Shown piece after piece: positions 43,450 through 55,912 of a stretch of 64,000 nt of DNA; the stretch's first letter is position 1, and every line of letters begins with the position of its first letter. The DNA is from the human T2T-CHM13v2.0 reference genome, Homo sapiens. The stretch lies in assembly GCF_009914755.1 (NCBI RefSeq), contig NC_060931.1; one strand, given 5' to 3'. A program made the translations under genes and the position numbers. The notes under the pieces are model-generated. The model saw only the letters and a list, made by a program, of their open reading frames with translations. It was not told where the DNA came from and searched no databases.

Positions 43450-44235
43450 CAATACACATTACAGACCAGGAGCCAGAGGACTGGTTGCTTTAAAACAGGA
43501 ACAAAACTGAATCTGGACCAGCAGCTGCAACTAGAGTGACCCCGGTTAAGTTTATGATAATCCTCAGTCCTTCTCCAAGAGCTGTCTCCCTTCCGTGCGG
43601 GCCGAGTAGGTGAGCTGTACGGAGATGTGGTAGGAATCCCACCCCTGCCTCCTCAAGTCTGTGATGGTGGCCCTCATCTCTGCAATCCTCCAGGGATATG
43701 GTATTGCATTTAGTTTGCTATTTTCACAGGAAGACGCAGTTCCAGCGGCCTCTGTTTGGCCTTTCTGACCATAACAGCTCTCGCTCTGTGGCCCGGAGAG
43801 CCAATGTGAGGATTTTGCCCATTGTTGAATAGTCAGTTCAAGTCATGAATTTGGGAACTGGGGAAATAACCACAGGGTGGACGCAGTGGGCCCCACTATG
43901 CATCAAACCTGAGCCAAAACTCTGCTGACCCAAAAGTCCCCACCCTGACTGTGAACCACAGTGACATTTGGGGTTTCCAGGAGTTGGTGTCATTTCGGAG
44001 CCAGTGTCCAGTAACGCTTGCAGAGTCTGATCAGTTCCCTTCCACAGTGGAGACAGCGGCCACAGCGTCTTCAGGGAAGGCTGGGAGGAAGGTGAAGCCT
44101 CTATGGTTTCACCAGGTGGCAGTGTGGTGGGCCCTTCCTCCAGGGGCTCTGGGTCTGTAAACTGGTTTAAGTCTGAGAATTGAGATGCTGTGACTCTCTA
44201 TTGTGGTGACATGAGTCAGACTTCTGTTCATCAGG
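43450..44235 (-). mobile_element. ERV-L internal fossil (gag end, protease, RT N-terminus)
   Basis: Minus-strand pieces ALLDTGSEMTPTPGNPKCHCG, HPVVISPVP, QYHIPGG and IPTTSPYSSPTRPARKGDSSWRRTEDYHKLN; frameshifted. Confidence 0.8.
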
Positions 44236-44399
44236 CCTACAGCGTGGATCTGTGGCCAATACATTGGCCACAATGTTCCTGTTGAAACAGGTCGGGGAAT
44301 GCCAGCTTTCTGCTCCAAACATCCAGGAACTTCTCCACGCCTCCAAGTGGCCTGCAAGGCCCCGCCGGCCCTGCCCCATTCCCTCTCAACTCCATCTTC

Positions 44400-44750
44400 C
44401 ACAGCTCATGGTTCTCACTGGCCTCCCTGCTCCTGGAATGATCTGGGTGTGCTCCCACTTCTCCCAGGCCCAGCTCGCCTGGCCCTCGCCTGTCTCAGTC
44501 TCTGTGCAGGTGACAACCTCTTGGGAAGACCTTCCCTGGCCATACCTTTGAACTTGCTTCCTGCTTTCACATTGTCTACCCCTTTTCTGCTTTACTTTTC
44601 TTCAAAGCCCTTATCATTGCCTTGCACACTGCATGTTTTAATTATTTAGTTGTTTATTGCGTGTCTCCTCCCTCTAAAATTTTAATCTCCATTGGGTAGG
44701 ACATTTCCTGGCACACACTCAGAATTTTTGTGTTATGATTGAAGGAATAA
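44400..44750 (+). mobile_element. L2 3' fragment
   Basis: GGAAGACCTTCCCTGGCCA...TTTATTGCGTGTCTCCTCCCTCTAAAAT...CCTGGCACA. Confidence 0.6.
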
Positions 44751-46187
44751 CATCAGCAATGCTGTTCTTTCCCTCAATTACTATGTTTCGAGCTTGTGGC
44801 AATCTGTAGAAGTTAGTCAATGGGCCTTACAATCCTGATTTGGAGAAAAGGGGGCCATGAAAAGGAGGGACAAGGTGTCATATATCAATGCGGCCAAGCG
44901 CCGACGCTGCCTCCTCCTTCCCCAGATCACCAGGAAGAAGTCAGAGGAGGCTGCTGTTCGTCGACCCACGTGCTCCCTTGGGAGCTTGAGAAGCTGCTCC
45001 CCCTGGTGCTGCCCCTGGGTGCTGCTTACCGGGAAACTCATGGCATCCGAGATGCTCCACTGCGCTGGGTCTGTCCCGGATCCTCCCCGCAGGTCAGATT
45101 CATGTCAGGAATGCTGGAGGGTATTGCGGTCTGGCAGGAGCTCACTGTGGGGAAGGAGAGGCTGGGCTGGATCCCGAGGCTGAGCCGTCCGGCTCTGCAG
45201 CCCTCCCGGTGCTCAGTTATCAGGCTCACTACCTCTCAGAGGCGTCTCTTCTCTCTGTGGACATTTGTCTGTCACAGCTGCAAGATTCTCACAATAAACT
45301 TGCTCTCCAAATTCCTAAAAGAATTGCTTGCTCCAGTTTAGCCAGCTAAGACTTTCTTGGATAATGGCATAATCTGGAAGGATATTTAACAAATTCGTTT
45401 AAACTGGAAATTATTGACTCTATGGTGAGTCAGGAAAAACCACATTCACAATATTCAACAGCAGCGCTGGGCCTTGATGCTCCAGGGCAGTGCAGGGATT
45501 AGAGATCTGAGAGGTTTCATGACGCTTCTCAGGGGAATACACGGGTTCTGGGTTCTTCTAAGGAAGCTCCCTCCATGCCAGCCACCACCTTGTCTCTGCT
45601 GGGGAAACAGTGGTCCAGGGGCCCTCAACTGCAGGGAAATTATTGAACCTCCCAATGTCACTGCATCTCCTCTGGGTCTTCTTTTATTCCTTCTTTCCCC
45701 TAGAAAACACCTTCTGACACACTCCCGCTCTGCCTGTCTGTCCCCTGCTGCGGCCAGACAGCGAGCAGGGAAGAAATCCAGTGTCTGGACTGTTTGCTGG
45801 TCTGCAGAACCTGTTCTCTCGCAGTATCTGTTTTCCAATGCAGATTTTCACAGTTCCCTAAACAAACTTAAATTTCCATTCCCAGAATGACTTCATTTCC
45901 TGATACCCAGCCCAAATTCACGTGTGTTTGCAGCCGATGTGGCAACATAGCCACTTGGGTGGGGGTGAACATCACAGCCCACAGTTCTGCAGTTCAGATT
46001 TGGGTTTATCTTAGCACTTAGTGCAACTTTGCATTTGGCAGAGGTCTTTCTCTTTTGTAGTCCTTGCCACCAACCTCATTACTTGTGAGAGTCTGCCTCA
46101 TGCCTGTCTGCTCAGCAGATGAGAGACCTTGAGGCCTGGGAAGATCCCGCCCTCCTTGGCTCTGTATTCCTAGGTAGTGCATTGCCT

Positions 46188-46629
46188 AGTGGTTGGTTAA
46201 TTTTAGGTGTCAACTTGACTAGGCTGAGGGAAACCCAGAAAGCTGATAAAACATGCTTTCTAAGTGCGCCTGAGAGGGCGTTTCCAGAAGAGATCAGCAT
46301 TTGAATCAGGGGAGTGAGTGGGAAAATCCACGCTCCCCGAAGCCTGAGGGCCCAGATAGAACAAAAAGGCAGAGGAAGGGTGAATTCTTTCCTTATTCTG
46401 GATCTGAGACATCCATCTTCTCCTGCCCCCAAACATCAGAACTCGGGGTTCTCAGGCCTTTGGACTCTGGGACATACACCAGCAACTTCCCTGGTTCTCC
46501 AGCTTGTAGATGGCAGCAGGACTTCTCATCCTCCATAATCACATGAGCCAAGTCACATGAAAAATCCCTGCTCATCCCTCTCTCTGTGTACATCCTATTG
46601 GTTCTGTTTCTATGGAGAACTCTAATACA
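46188..46629 (+). mobile_element. MLT2 LTR
   Basis: GGTTAATTTTAGGTGTCAACTTGACT...CCTATTGGTTCTGTTTCTATGGAGAACTCTAATACA. Confidence 0.85.
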
Positions 46630-49600
46630 ACTGGCACAGACTAGCTGCTCAACAAGTGTTTTATTTCTGAATGACTGAGATGTTTGAGCAGCTTCCAAGC
46701 TTACATAACTGTGTTTCCATTAAAGCCATTGTTTAGGAGGCCGATGGCAACAAAAGGTTGAAACATGGCAAAATCAGGGGCAGTTGATTTGAGTTATACC
46801 GTGATGTGTTTACATTTGTACTATGATAGGGATTTATTGCAAGGAGTTAGGAATGCTGGCCTCTAAAAGCTGGAAAAGTGTATTTTGTTGGGGAGGCCTG
46901 GGAGCCCCCATCTCACACACAGGAGGGAAGACACAAGGGGAAGCACTCGTGACGATGAACGAGATGTTGTTCCTGCCAGACGCAGGTCCTTGCCATGTGT
47001 GTGCATAACCTCATTTCATTCGATAGCAACTCAGGAGGAGGAAATCATTATTAACTGTATTCTTTTATGTACAGAAGCTGAGGCTTGAAAGTGAAAATGA
47101 CACAGCTGTTCATGGTCTTGCTGGCATTGGAGCCAGGAGAGAAAAATCCCTTGGTAAAATCTCCCAGCTGAATGGGGAAATGGGAATATATCCCGCATGG
47201 CCCAAAGAGACCATGGCTGGAAGTGGTCACAGTCCTCGAGGGGGAGCTGTGTGGTGGCCAGGCTGTGGTCATGAAGACACAGCGGCGTGGGAGGCTGAGG
47301 GTCGCTGGGGATGCTGGCTGGAATGTTTCTGTTAATAGCTGGAGCTCCAGAGCCTGTCCTGGAAGAGGGATGGGGGCCTGGTCCTGGGAGGGTTTGTAAA
47401 CCGGCATGAGCACATGTCAGGGTGGAGTTCTGACGTCAGGCCCCTGGCATGACTACAATAGACATCACACAAATGGGGCAAGAGGACCAAGCCTCCCCAC
47501 GGTACAGCTGCTCAACTGTGTCGGGGGAGCTGTGGTGAAACACAGGACTCACTTAGAAAGATCCAGAGAGATAATCCACCCACAGAAAACCTGGAGAGCA
47601 TTTTGAAACTTCCTACAGGAAATCCAGGAGAAAAGGAGTCCTATTCAGTGATGGGAGGGGGGGCAGGTCAGGGGCCGCATCGGAAGGCAGTCGTCTGAAG
47701 GGATGCACGGATTCACGACGGAGGTGCTGAGACAGCCACAGGAGATTGGGTGGGGAATCTAGAGCTGGGACACTCTGGTTTTGATGGAAGGAGCATCGCC
47801 CTAGGAAGCAAAGACACAGATTCGAGTCCAGGCCTGGAGCAAACTTCAATCACCCTTAAGCCCTCTGAGTTTCTGCGTCTGTGAAATAAGCATAATGATT
47901 CCCACCTCATAGGGGCAGGGGCAGGGGCAGGACACTGTGAGATTGTGAGGGTCGGTGTCCCTCTTCGCATGGAGTCAGCAGCCGGCTGGGCTGAGGGAGG
48001 TGTTTCTGTCCTTAGGTGTCGCAGGCTGGCTCTCGTGCGTCCTTCCTTCCACTTCTCCCCACCTGCATCCACACAGAGAATACACTACCTCTATAAAACG
48101 CTTGCAAGGGGCCACTGTTCTCAGCATTTCACCTGTCAACCTCACTTAAGCCTTAAACAGCCTATGATGAGGTTCTGATACTGTCTCCCTTGGCCTGCTG
48201 GAAGGCCCAGTGCTGAAGGACAACTGGGCACCCCGGCTCTTGGTATGGTCAAAGGCTCTCACCTGGACAGGGAGGACCCCCTCCTCTCCCTGGGCCTTCT
48301 GCTGCCCTGAGCCCCTACTGCTCTCTGCCACGGACTCGGGAGGGAGCATGAGCTGCATCCAACAGGCCGCAGCAGGTCCCGGCCTCTCAGCACCCAAGAC
48401 CAGACAGAGGCAGTGCCTCGGCTGCAGTAAAGGCCTAGCGACCTGGGTGGGCATGGGGCACACGTTCCTACTCTGGCATTAGAGGTCATGCCACTGCTTG
48501 TCTTTACCATTCTACCCAGTGTCCTGCGAGGACTTGGTCCTCAGGTGGGTCACAAGTCTCCAGTCCATTAATTAACTGGTCGGAAGTGAGTCCCGGTCCA
48601 TCCCTGTGAGGAGCAGGGGGACTGGTACCTCATTTCCTCGTGGACTCATGGCCCTACACAACGACACGCCTGGCCTTCCTGGACCCATGCACTCACTCCA
48701 GAAGGACATTTGCTTTGAGCTCGCCTGGTGGATGGGGTGCCCCTGAACATCTAACCATCTGTTGACATTTCCACCATCAGAAAGTTCCTCTAGGCAGCGC
48801 CCAGCTAGTGCTCCAAAGAGGTGCAGAATCTCTGAGAAATTATGTGGTCCACAGTCAACAGCTAACAACATTCATAGGACCTTATTAGCCGCCAGCTTGG
48901 AGAAGGCCAGTGTCCAGAATAAATCAAATCCTTCATAATTGTCAGACGGTGGTGACTCGGTCAAATCTCGGTCAAAAGATGCTCTGGCCAAAGTCAACAG
49001 AGAGCAGAAGCAACTTGCTTTTGCTGGTCCCTCAGCAAGACCACACAGGGAGATTTGCAGGCAATAAACAATGTTGCCTAAAACTTTCCCGTGAGGTGGG
49101 AATTGTTTTCATCCAGATAAGAAGGTGCCGGCCCAGGGGAGGTGTGGGTGGCCAAGCCAGGGATGGAGCCCTCACGTGGCCTCAAGAGATCAGCAGCCAG
49201 GAGTTAGCTCTCTCCACAGCACGCTGAAACGGCTCCACGCCTCTGCTGGTGTTTTTATAGGAACCCCTTTTGTGTGTTTGCTTCCTAGCTTGGACTTGAG
49301 TCAAATGGTCTATTAATTAGGGTAGATTTAGTCACTCCTGACATCAGCTTGTGTGGTTCGAGCAGCCCAAGGGGAAGAGACAGGGCCTCCTTTATGCAGA
49401 CCCCGCAGTCTTCAGAGGACTGGACACAGCCCTGGCCCTGCTGCTGTCTGCTGTGCCTTTTGCTCCCTGGGTTTCATTCCTTGGTCTGTACCTTGAATAT
49501 AAGGAGATCCGTTTGTACATTTTGCTCTCGTGCATTATACCAAAGGAAAAGAGAAGATAGTAGTTTAAAGCTCCCAACATTTTTCATGTTCTGAGCCTTT

Positions 49601-50771
49601 AGGTCTCCCATATGGTAGAGAATCCACAAATATCAGAGGACCCCAAACCTCGCCCGAGATGAAACAGCTTTGAGGCTTCCAGGGATCCCTCAGAAGGCTG
49701 CACCCAGGCCGGCCACACGTGAAAACGTGATGGCTCTTTTCTTCTCTGTTCACTGTGGTTTTATCAGACAGAGCCCTAAACCAGTTTATTCAATGACATG
49801 GAGTGATTCTCTCCTGTCTCTGCTTGTCCAGTGTGTGACAAGAGTTGAGAAGTGGGGAGACACAGGGGGCACATTGAATGCAGGTGGTCTTACCCGCCTC
49901 ACTCAGGATGCACGTCTTGCCTGGCTAGGCTTGGCCTCCTCTGCACTGTGTGCCCCTCTAAATGAAGCGTGACCCTTCTTCCCCCACCTCATTGGTGGTT
50001 CTCTGCCCCCATGAGCTCAGCCAGCTGCTTCCCTGACACATGCAGGTCCTAGCCTGGACGAGACGGAGCAACAAGGCCGAGTGGGGACGAACACTGGCCT
50101 GGCTTTCAGGTCCACCTTTGCCTCATGCAGATGCTTCTCTACCCTTTATGATTGAGATCCTGGAGCAGGGGATCACCTTGTTGTAAGGACCATAAAGTGG
50201 AGAAGGAGCAGGGAGAGGTTAGGACCATTGCTGCAAGCTCCTGGTGTCCCTGACAGTGAGAGAGGCAGGACACTCGCCTGGGCTGGGCCTGAAGATGCTG
50301 CTTTCTCCTCTGCATGCCTGGGGTCCAACGAGGGTCATGGGACCCAGGAACGTCTCTGCAACTCTGTCTGTAAACATCCAGGAGCTAATTGTGACCTGGA
50401 AGTCATTCAGAACTCAGCACAGAGGCCTTCAGAAGTCCCTGCCTTCAGATAAGGGCAGGTGCTTACTCTCCCAGTGGCTAGCACTGTTAAAACAGACTTT
50501 TTTTTTTCTATAGCCAACATCATAACAAATGATGAAATACTCAATAACTCCCCCTAAAACGGGAAGAAAGGGAAGGGTTTCTGTTTTTGTTTTCATCTCT
50601 TCTTGTGAGCATTGGGCTGGGAGGTTCCAGCCAGTGCAAAGAGATGAGGAAAAGAAAAGTATAAATATTGGAAAGAAATAAGTAAAACTATCCTCATTTA
50701 CAGGTGAAATGAGGTGGCAAATCCTAAGGGATCCACAAAAAATCAACTTGAACCAATAAGTGAATTCTGCA

Positions 50772-50914
50772 ACATCACAAGACACCAAGTCAATATGTAA
50801 AGATCAGTTGTATTTCTATATACTACTGATGACTAATTTAAAACATCACAGGACACCAGGTCAACATATAAAGATAGGTTGTATTTCTATATACTGCTGA
50901 TGACTAATTTAAAA
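50772..50914. repeat. ~71-bp tandem duplication inside L1M
   Basis: ACATCACA(A/G)GACACCA(A/G)GTCAA...GTTGTATTTCTATATACT(A/G)CTGATGACTAATTTAAA occurs twice. Confidence 0.85.
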
Positions 50915-51346
50915 TGGAGTCAAAAATACTATCTATAATAGTAAAATCAAATACTTAGGGATAAATTTCACAATATATGTGAAAACCTCTACACCAAAAA
51001 TTATCTGAGAGATATATCTCTAAATATACCATGTCTAATTCTTCACAAATTGATCTAATCATTCAATGAAATCTCAATTGGAGTCCCTGTGGACTTTTCC
51101 TCTAAATTAACAGGATGATTTAGAAGTTCATAGAGAAGTGAAGGTCTAAGGGCAGCCACAGCCATCTGGAAAGGAACGGCACCATCAGAAGAGTTGTCAA
51201 ATCTTGCACCAGTAAGGCCATAAAGAAATAGCTCACTGGCATAGAGCAGAGAGTCCAGAAATAGGCTGACAGGCACCATCCCATGATTTTCAACAAGCAG
51301 GCCAAAACCACAGGGGGAAACATGGTACTGAAATAACTGGATATCA

Positions 51347-51620
51347 GGCCAGGCGTAGGGGGGCTCATGCCTGTAGTCCCAGGACTTTGGGATGCCAAGG
51401 TGGGAGGATTGCTTGGGTCCAGAAGTTTGAGACGAGTGTGGGCAACGTCATAAGACTCTGTGTCTCTACACAGAGATGTAGGCCAGGCACGGAGGTGCAC
51501 ACTGAGGCAGGAGGATCCCTTGAGCCCAGGGGTTTTAGGCTGCAGTAAGCTGTGATCGCAGCTTGGGCGATAGAGTGAGATCCTGTCTCTAAAATATAAA
51601 ATATATAAATAAATAAAAGA
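51347..51620 (+). mobile_element. AluJ, internally deleted
   Basis: GGAGGATTGCTTG and GGAGGATCCCTTGAGCCCAGG J-type diagnostics; TSD AACTGGATATC. Confidence 0.85.
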
Positions 51621-52934
51621 AAACTGGATATCCACATGAAAAGAAAAAAGAATCTTGACTCCTCCCTCTCATACCTTCGAAACTGAGAGGTTAGGCAAGG
51701 GTTTCATAGAGAAGACACAAGCCATAAACTAGAAGATTGATAAACTAGAGTATAACTTACAAGGGAAACGAGAGTGACTTCATGCTGGAGAAACCTGGCC
51801 AGCACACTCTGCCAGGTAGCCGAGGTCAACATCAGCAGTGAGCCGGGCCGAGGCAGGACCCCTGATGTGGTGGGATGAGAAGCGCCTCACCTCTGCTCTT
51901 CCTCCAAGGAGCCCACAGCCGGAATCTGATCATGAAAAAAAGACTTCACATGAATCCCGGCAGACAGACACTCCCCCAGATGCCTGAGCCCAGCTTCTCA
52001 GAACTTTCAAGATCACAGAAAACAAGGAAGGTCTGAGAAACTGTCACGGCCCAGAGGACCCCAAGGAGATGTGACAAGCAAATGTCACACGGGATCCTGG
52101 ATAGGATCCCGGCCCACAAAACGGCCACCCGAGAACAAACCAAATGAACCGTGGGCTTTAGTCAATGATTATGTAGCAACGTTTGTTCGCTAATTCTGAC
52201 AAATGTACCATTATAATGTAAGGCATTAATAATAAGCAAACTGTGTGAAGTATATGGGAACCCGGCACTATCTTTATAACAATTCTGTAAACTCGAAATG
52301 GCTCTAAAATAAAAAAACTTCATTTTAAAAAACCAGCCACAGGGGAAGGAGGGAGATTGATAAATTGGACTTCAAGAAAATGGAAGTCATTGGGTGAAAA
52401 TACACACAACAGGGACACCTGATGAAAGACCTCCATGAAGAATGTGTAAGCAACTCTGGAGACCCAGCAATCAACAGACTACTGCCCAATTCTAAAAAAC
52501 GGGCAAAGACTTGAGCACACACTTTGGAAGATACACAAATAGCTGATGAGTTTGAGAAAAGCTGCTCAGCCTCGTAGTGATCAGGAAGTGCAACTGAAAA
52601 TCTCAGTGGGACGCCCTGCACGCCCGCCAGGATGCAGGCGGAAAGGCTGGCAACACGACAGTGAGGCTTATGCCAAGCAACCGGATCCTCATCGCCTCTG
52701 GGGAGAGCCTGGAATGTGGCCACCACTTAGGACCATGGCTTGGAAATATCTTAAATCCAACGTATTTCTACATGCTAGTGATGCTGCTCATCAAGGGGGT
52801 GAGCACTCATGGGCTGGGGATGCTACAGGGTCCTCAGTGCCTGCCCATTTCACAGGACGGGAGACTGAGGTCTAGAGGGAGGCAACAGCCAAGGAGGCCC
52901 TGGATCCAACGCCTCGCCCAAGCCACCACGGCTG

Positions 52935-53435
52935 CCTCCTCCTCTGGCCCCTCCATCTCCCCCACTCCTCCTTCTCCCCCTTGTCCCCCTTCTCCTTCTC
53001 CCACCCCTCCTCCTCCTCTCCCTCCTCCTCATCCATTGTCCTCCTTGTCCTCCTTATCCCCCTCCTTGTCATTCTCCTCTTCCTCCTAGTCCTCCTTCTC
53101 CTCCTCCTTCTCCCCCTCCTCATTCTCTTCCTTGTCCTCCTCATTCTCCTCCTTCTCCCCGATTCCTCCTCCTTCTCCCCGACTCCTCCTCCTTCTCCCC
53201 GATTACTCCTCCTTCTCCCCAACTCCTCCTCCTTCTCCCCGATTCCTCCTCCTTCTCCCCGACTCCTCCTCCTTCACCTCCTCCTTGTCCTCCTCCCTCT
53301 CCTCCTCCTCCTCCTTGTCTTCTTCTTCCTCCTCCTCATCCCCCTCTTCCTCTTCCTAATTCTCCTCCTCTGCCTCCTCCTTGTCCTCTCCCTCCCCCTT
53401 GTCCTCCTCGTCTTCCTTTTCTTCCTCCTCTTCTG
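52935..53435. repeat. Polypyrimidine (TCC)n low-complexity tract with an embedded 20-bp repeat
   Basis: Almost purely C/T on the plus strand; GA(T/C)TCCTCCTCCTTCTCCCC repeated about 6 times at 53161-53275. Confidence 0.95.
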
Positions 53436-55467
53436 TCCCAGGGCTTTCAAACTCTGGCTCTCTAACAACATGGAAGAGTTAAAAGGAGGAACGCCGGCTC
53501 AGCCAAGCCCCGGAGACTCCTACTTGATATGGGCAGTTTAAAGCCACTTTCCCTTTAAATTTTTCTGTGACAACTCTTTTCATGGAGAATGGAAAGACTC
53601 TCGTTAAGTGTTGCCGTTCAGAAGTGTTGGCGGTCGTTGCTAACATGAGATCCAACAAGGTAAATGCCAGAAGCCATCTGCAAGGGGTAATATCTTATTC
53701 TGCTTTTGCATAAGTGATGCTGCATCCCTTTATCTCTCTGCTGCGGCCTTCAGTGCTGATGGCCTGTGCCACCCAGTGACTGGTTGAATCAGCTTGAGGA
53801 AGAGCTCTTTTGAGGCTCTGTCCTGTTTAGCAGGGGAAACTTCAAAGTCCCAGCATCCTGGTCATGGAATGCTATGTTAACCCTTTCCAAAGTTTGAGAC
53901 TGAGATGGGCAGACCATTTTAAAGACACACTGCATCCAGCCTCCCATGACAGAGCCTCATGGGAAGGGTGGTGAGCAGAGTCGTGGGGATATTCTATCCT
54001 GAGCCTTCCATGTTGGGGCTTCTCGGAGACAGGGGAGGACCACAGCCTCAGTGACTGGCCATTGGCCAAATACACTCATTAAAGTGCCCTCTTCTCCAGG
54101 GCTGGGGACCTGACTCTCTCAGTCTGTGGGGCCCAGCCCACCTGCTCCTCCCTAATGGCTCCTGCTGGATGGGGAACAGCCTGGCACCAGGTGAACCATC
54201 ACTGACTCTCCCTGGGGAGAGACGAGGGAGGAGGGGGCATGTCCAAGAGGCCAAGGTACAAGCCCAGTGCCCTGCAGGTCTTCCAACATTTCCAGCCGTA
54301 ATGGCCATGATCACCATGGTCTGGACTTTCTGAAGAAAGTCTTTTCACAGGCTCGGCCTGGCTGGAATCTGACCTGTGAAGCCTTTGGGTCAGTCGCAGG
54401 AATTATCAAGCATCTGCCATGCCTGGAAGAGTTGGACTGGGGAGGCACAGGGCCTGCCTGGCGTCAGGTGCTGAGGAAGGGATGATAAATGCACCCCCTC
54501 TGTTTTGTCCGTTTCTCACGGCCTCTCTGGCCACCCCGTCCGCCTGTGTCTGTCCTGCCCAGCCCTTCTCTGACGAGCGTGTCTTGGTGCTTTGTCTCTG
54601 CTCACCCTGGGCTCATCGCTGTAAACAGCAGGAGGTTCCACCCCAGGCGAGGTGTGCCATTGTGACTGAAGGTCTCAGGGAACAGAACTGAGTCTGGGTA
54701 GGTTGAGCTGGGAGTTTCATAGCTGTAGGAAGCTGCGATCGCAGCTTCATGATGCAGACAGAAGGCCTTGTCTCAGCTCAGTGGGGGAAGCCCCTTGTCG
54801 ACTCTAGGCAGGGGGGATTGTACCGCTGCCTCTCCCAGTAGCAGCTCCCAGGAGGCAGTACAGTCACGGGGCCCCGCTGGTAGAAGCCTGAAAAGTCCAT
54901 CGGGAAAACCTCAAAGGCCACCAGTCCTCGAGGTAGCTGCTGCTCCAGCTGTGCTCACCTGGAGTGGAGGGGCAAACGGCACCAGGGGTGGGAGAGGTCA
55001 AGGCAGAGCCTCTGCCCCATCCTAGACCAGCTGCACGAGACGACAGCTCACACCAGCTGCCCAGAGGCACAGCCCCTCTGCCAGGCTTCAGCAGGGCACG
55101 GCTTGATCTCAAGGCCCTCTCTTCTCGTCCCACCGCCCCTCCCTCCTGTGACAGGAGGACCAGCAGTTCCACTCTGAGCCCGGCTGAGGCCCGACCTCCT
55201 CCACCTCAGCCCTGAGAATCTTCTCCAGCTGGGATGGCTGTTGCCCTGTTGTCCTGTTGCCCTGTTGTTCTGTTGTCCTCTTGTCCTGTTGTCCTGTTGT
55301 CTTGCCCTCCCAGCTCCTGACCACACAGGGGCTTTGTTCCCGCGCCAGCCTCTTTGGGGAAAGTGGGGGAGGGGGGCCCTGCTCCAGGCTCTGGGACATT
55401 TGGCTTGGGCTGTAGCCTGTGTCCAAGGAGAAGAAACCCTGAAGGTGGGTTCCCACCAGATGTGGGC

Positions 55468-55912
55468 ATGGTCAGCTACATCAGGCCCCCAAAGGTGTGC
55501 ACATCCTAATCCCACGAACCCGTGGGCACGTTACCTTACATGCAAGAGGGGCTCTATGGATGGAGTCGGGATAAGTGTCTAGAGATTGGGAGGTTGTTCT
55601 GGGTCATCCAGATGACTTATGAGAGGGCCCTTATGAGAGGGAGGCAGCAAGCTCACAGAGAGGGCCATGGAACAACAGCAGCTCAGACACAGCAGAGGCC
55701 GCACGGCTGTCCTGGGTGCCGAGTAGCTGCAGAGGTCGGAGGAGGTGCAGAGCAGGTGTTCTGCAGCCTCCAGAGGGACCAGCCCTGCTGACTCCCTGGC
55801 TTTGGCTCAGTGAAACTCATTTCGGACTTCTGAGCTCCAGCTCTGCAAGAGAAGAAATCTGTGCTATTTTAAACCACTAAATTTGTGGTTTCTGTTTCAG
55901 CAGCAGTGGGAG
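55468..55912 (+). mobile_element. MLT1 (C/D-like) LTR
   Basis: CCCCCAAAGGTGTGCACATCCTAATCCC...GAAACTCATTTCGGACTTCTGAGCTCCAG...TTTTAAACCACTAAATTTGTGG. Confidence 0.8.

Larger units (their letters stand above)
50510..52760 (+). mobile_element. Degraded L1M fragments (ORF2 remnant and L1MC-like 3' end)
   Basis: ATAGCCAACATCATA...GTAAAACTATCCTCATTTACAG RT remnant; L1MC-like 3'UTR at about 51770-52320. Confidence 0.65.

Noticed and set aside
52850-53541. Leu-rich membrane-like and Arg-rich protamine-like ORFs
   Set aside because: Translation artefacts of the (TCC)n tract.
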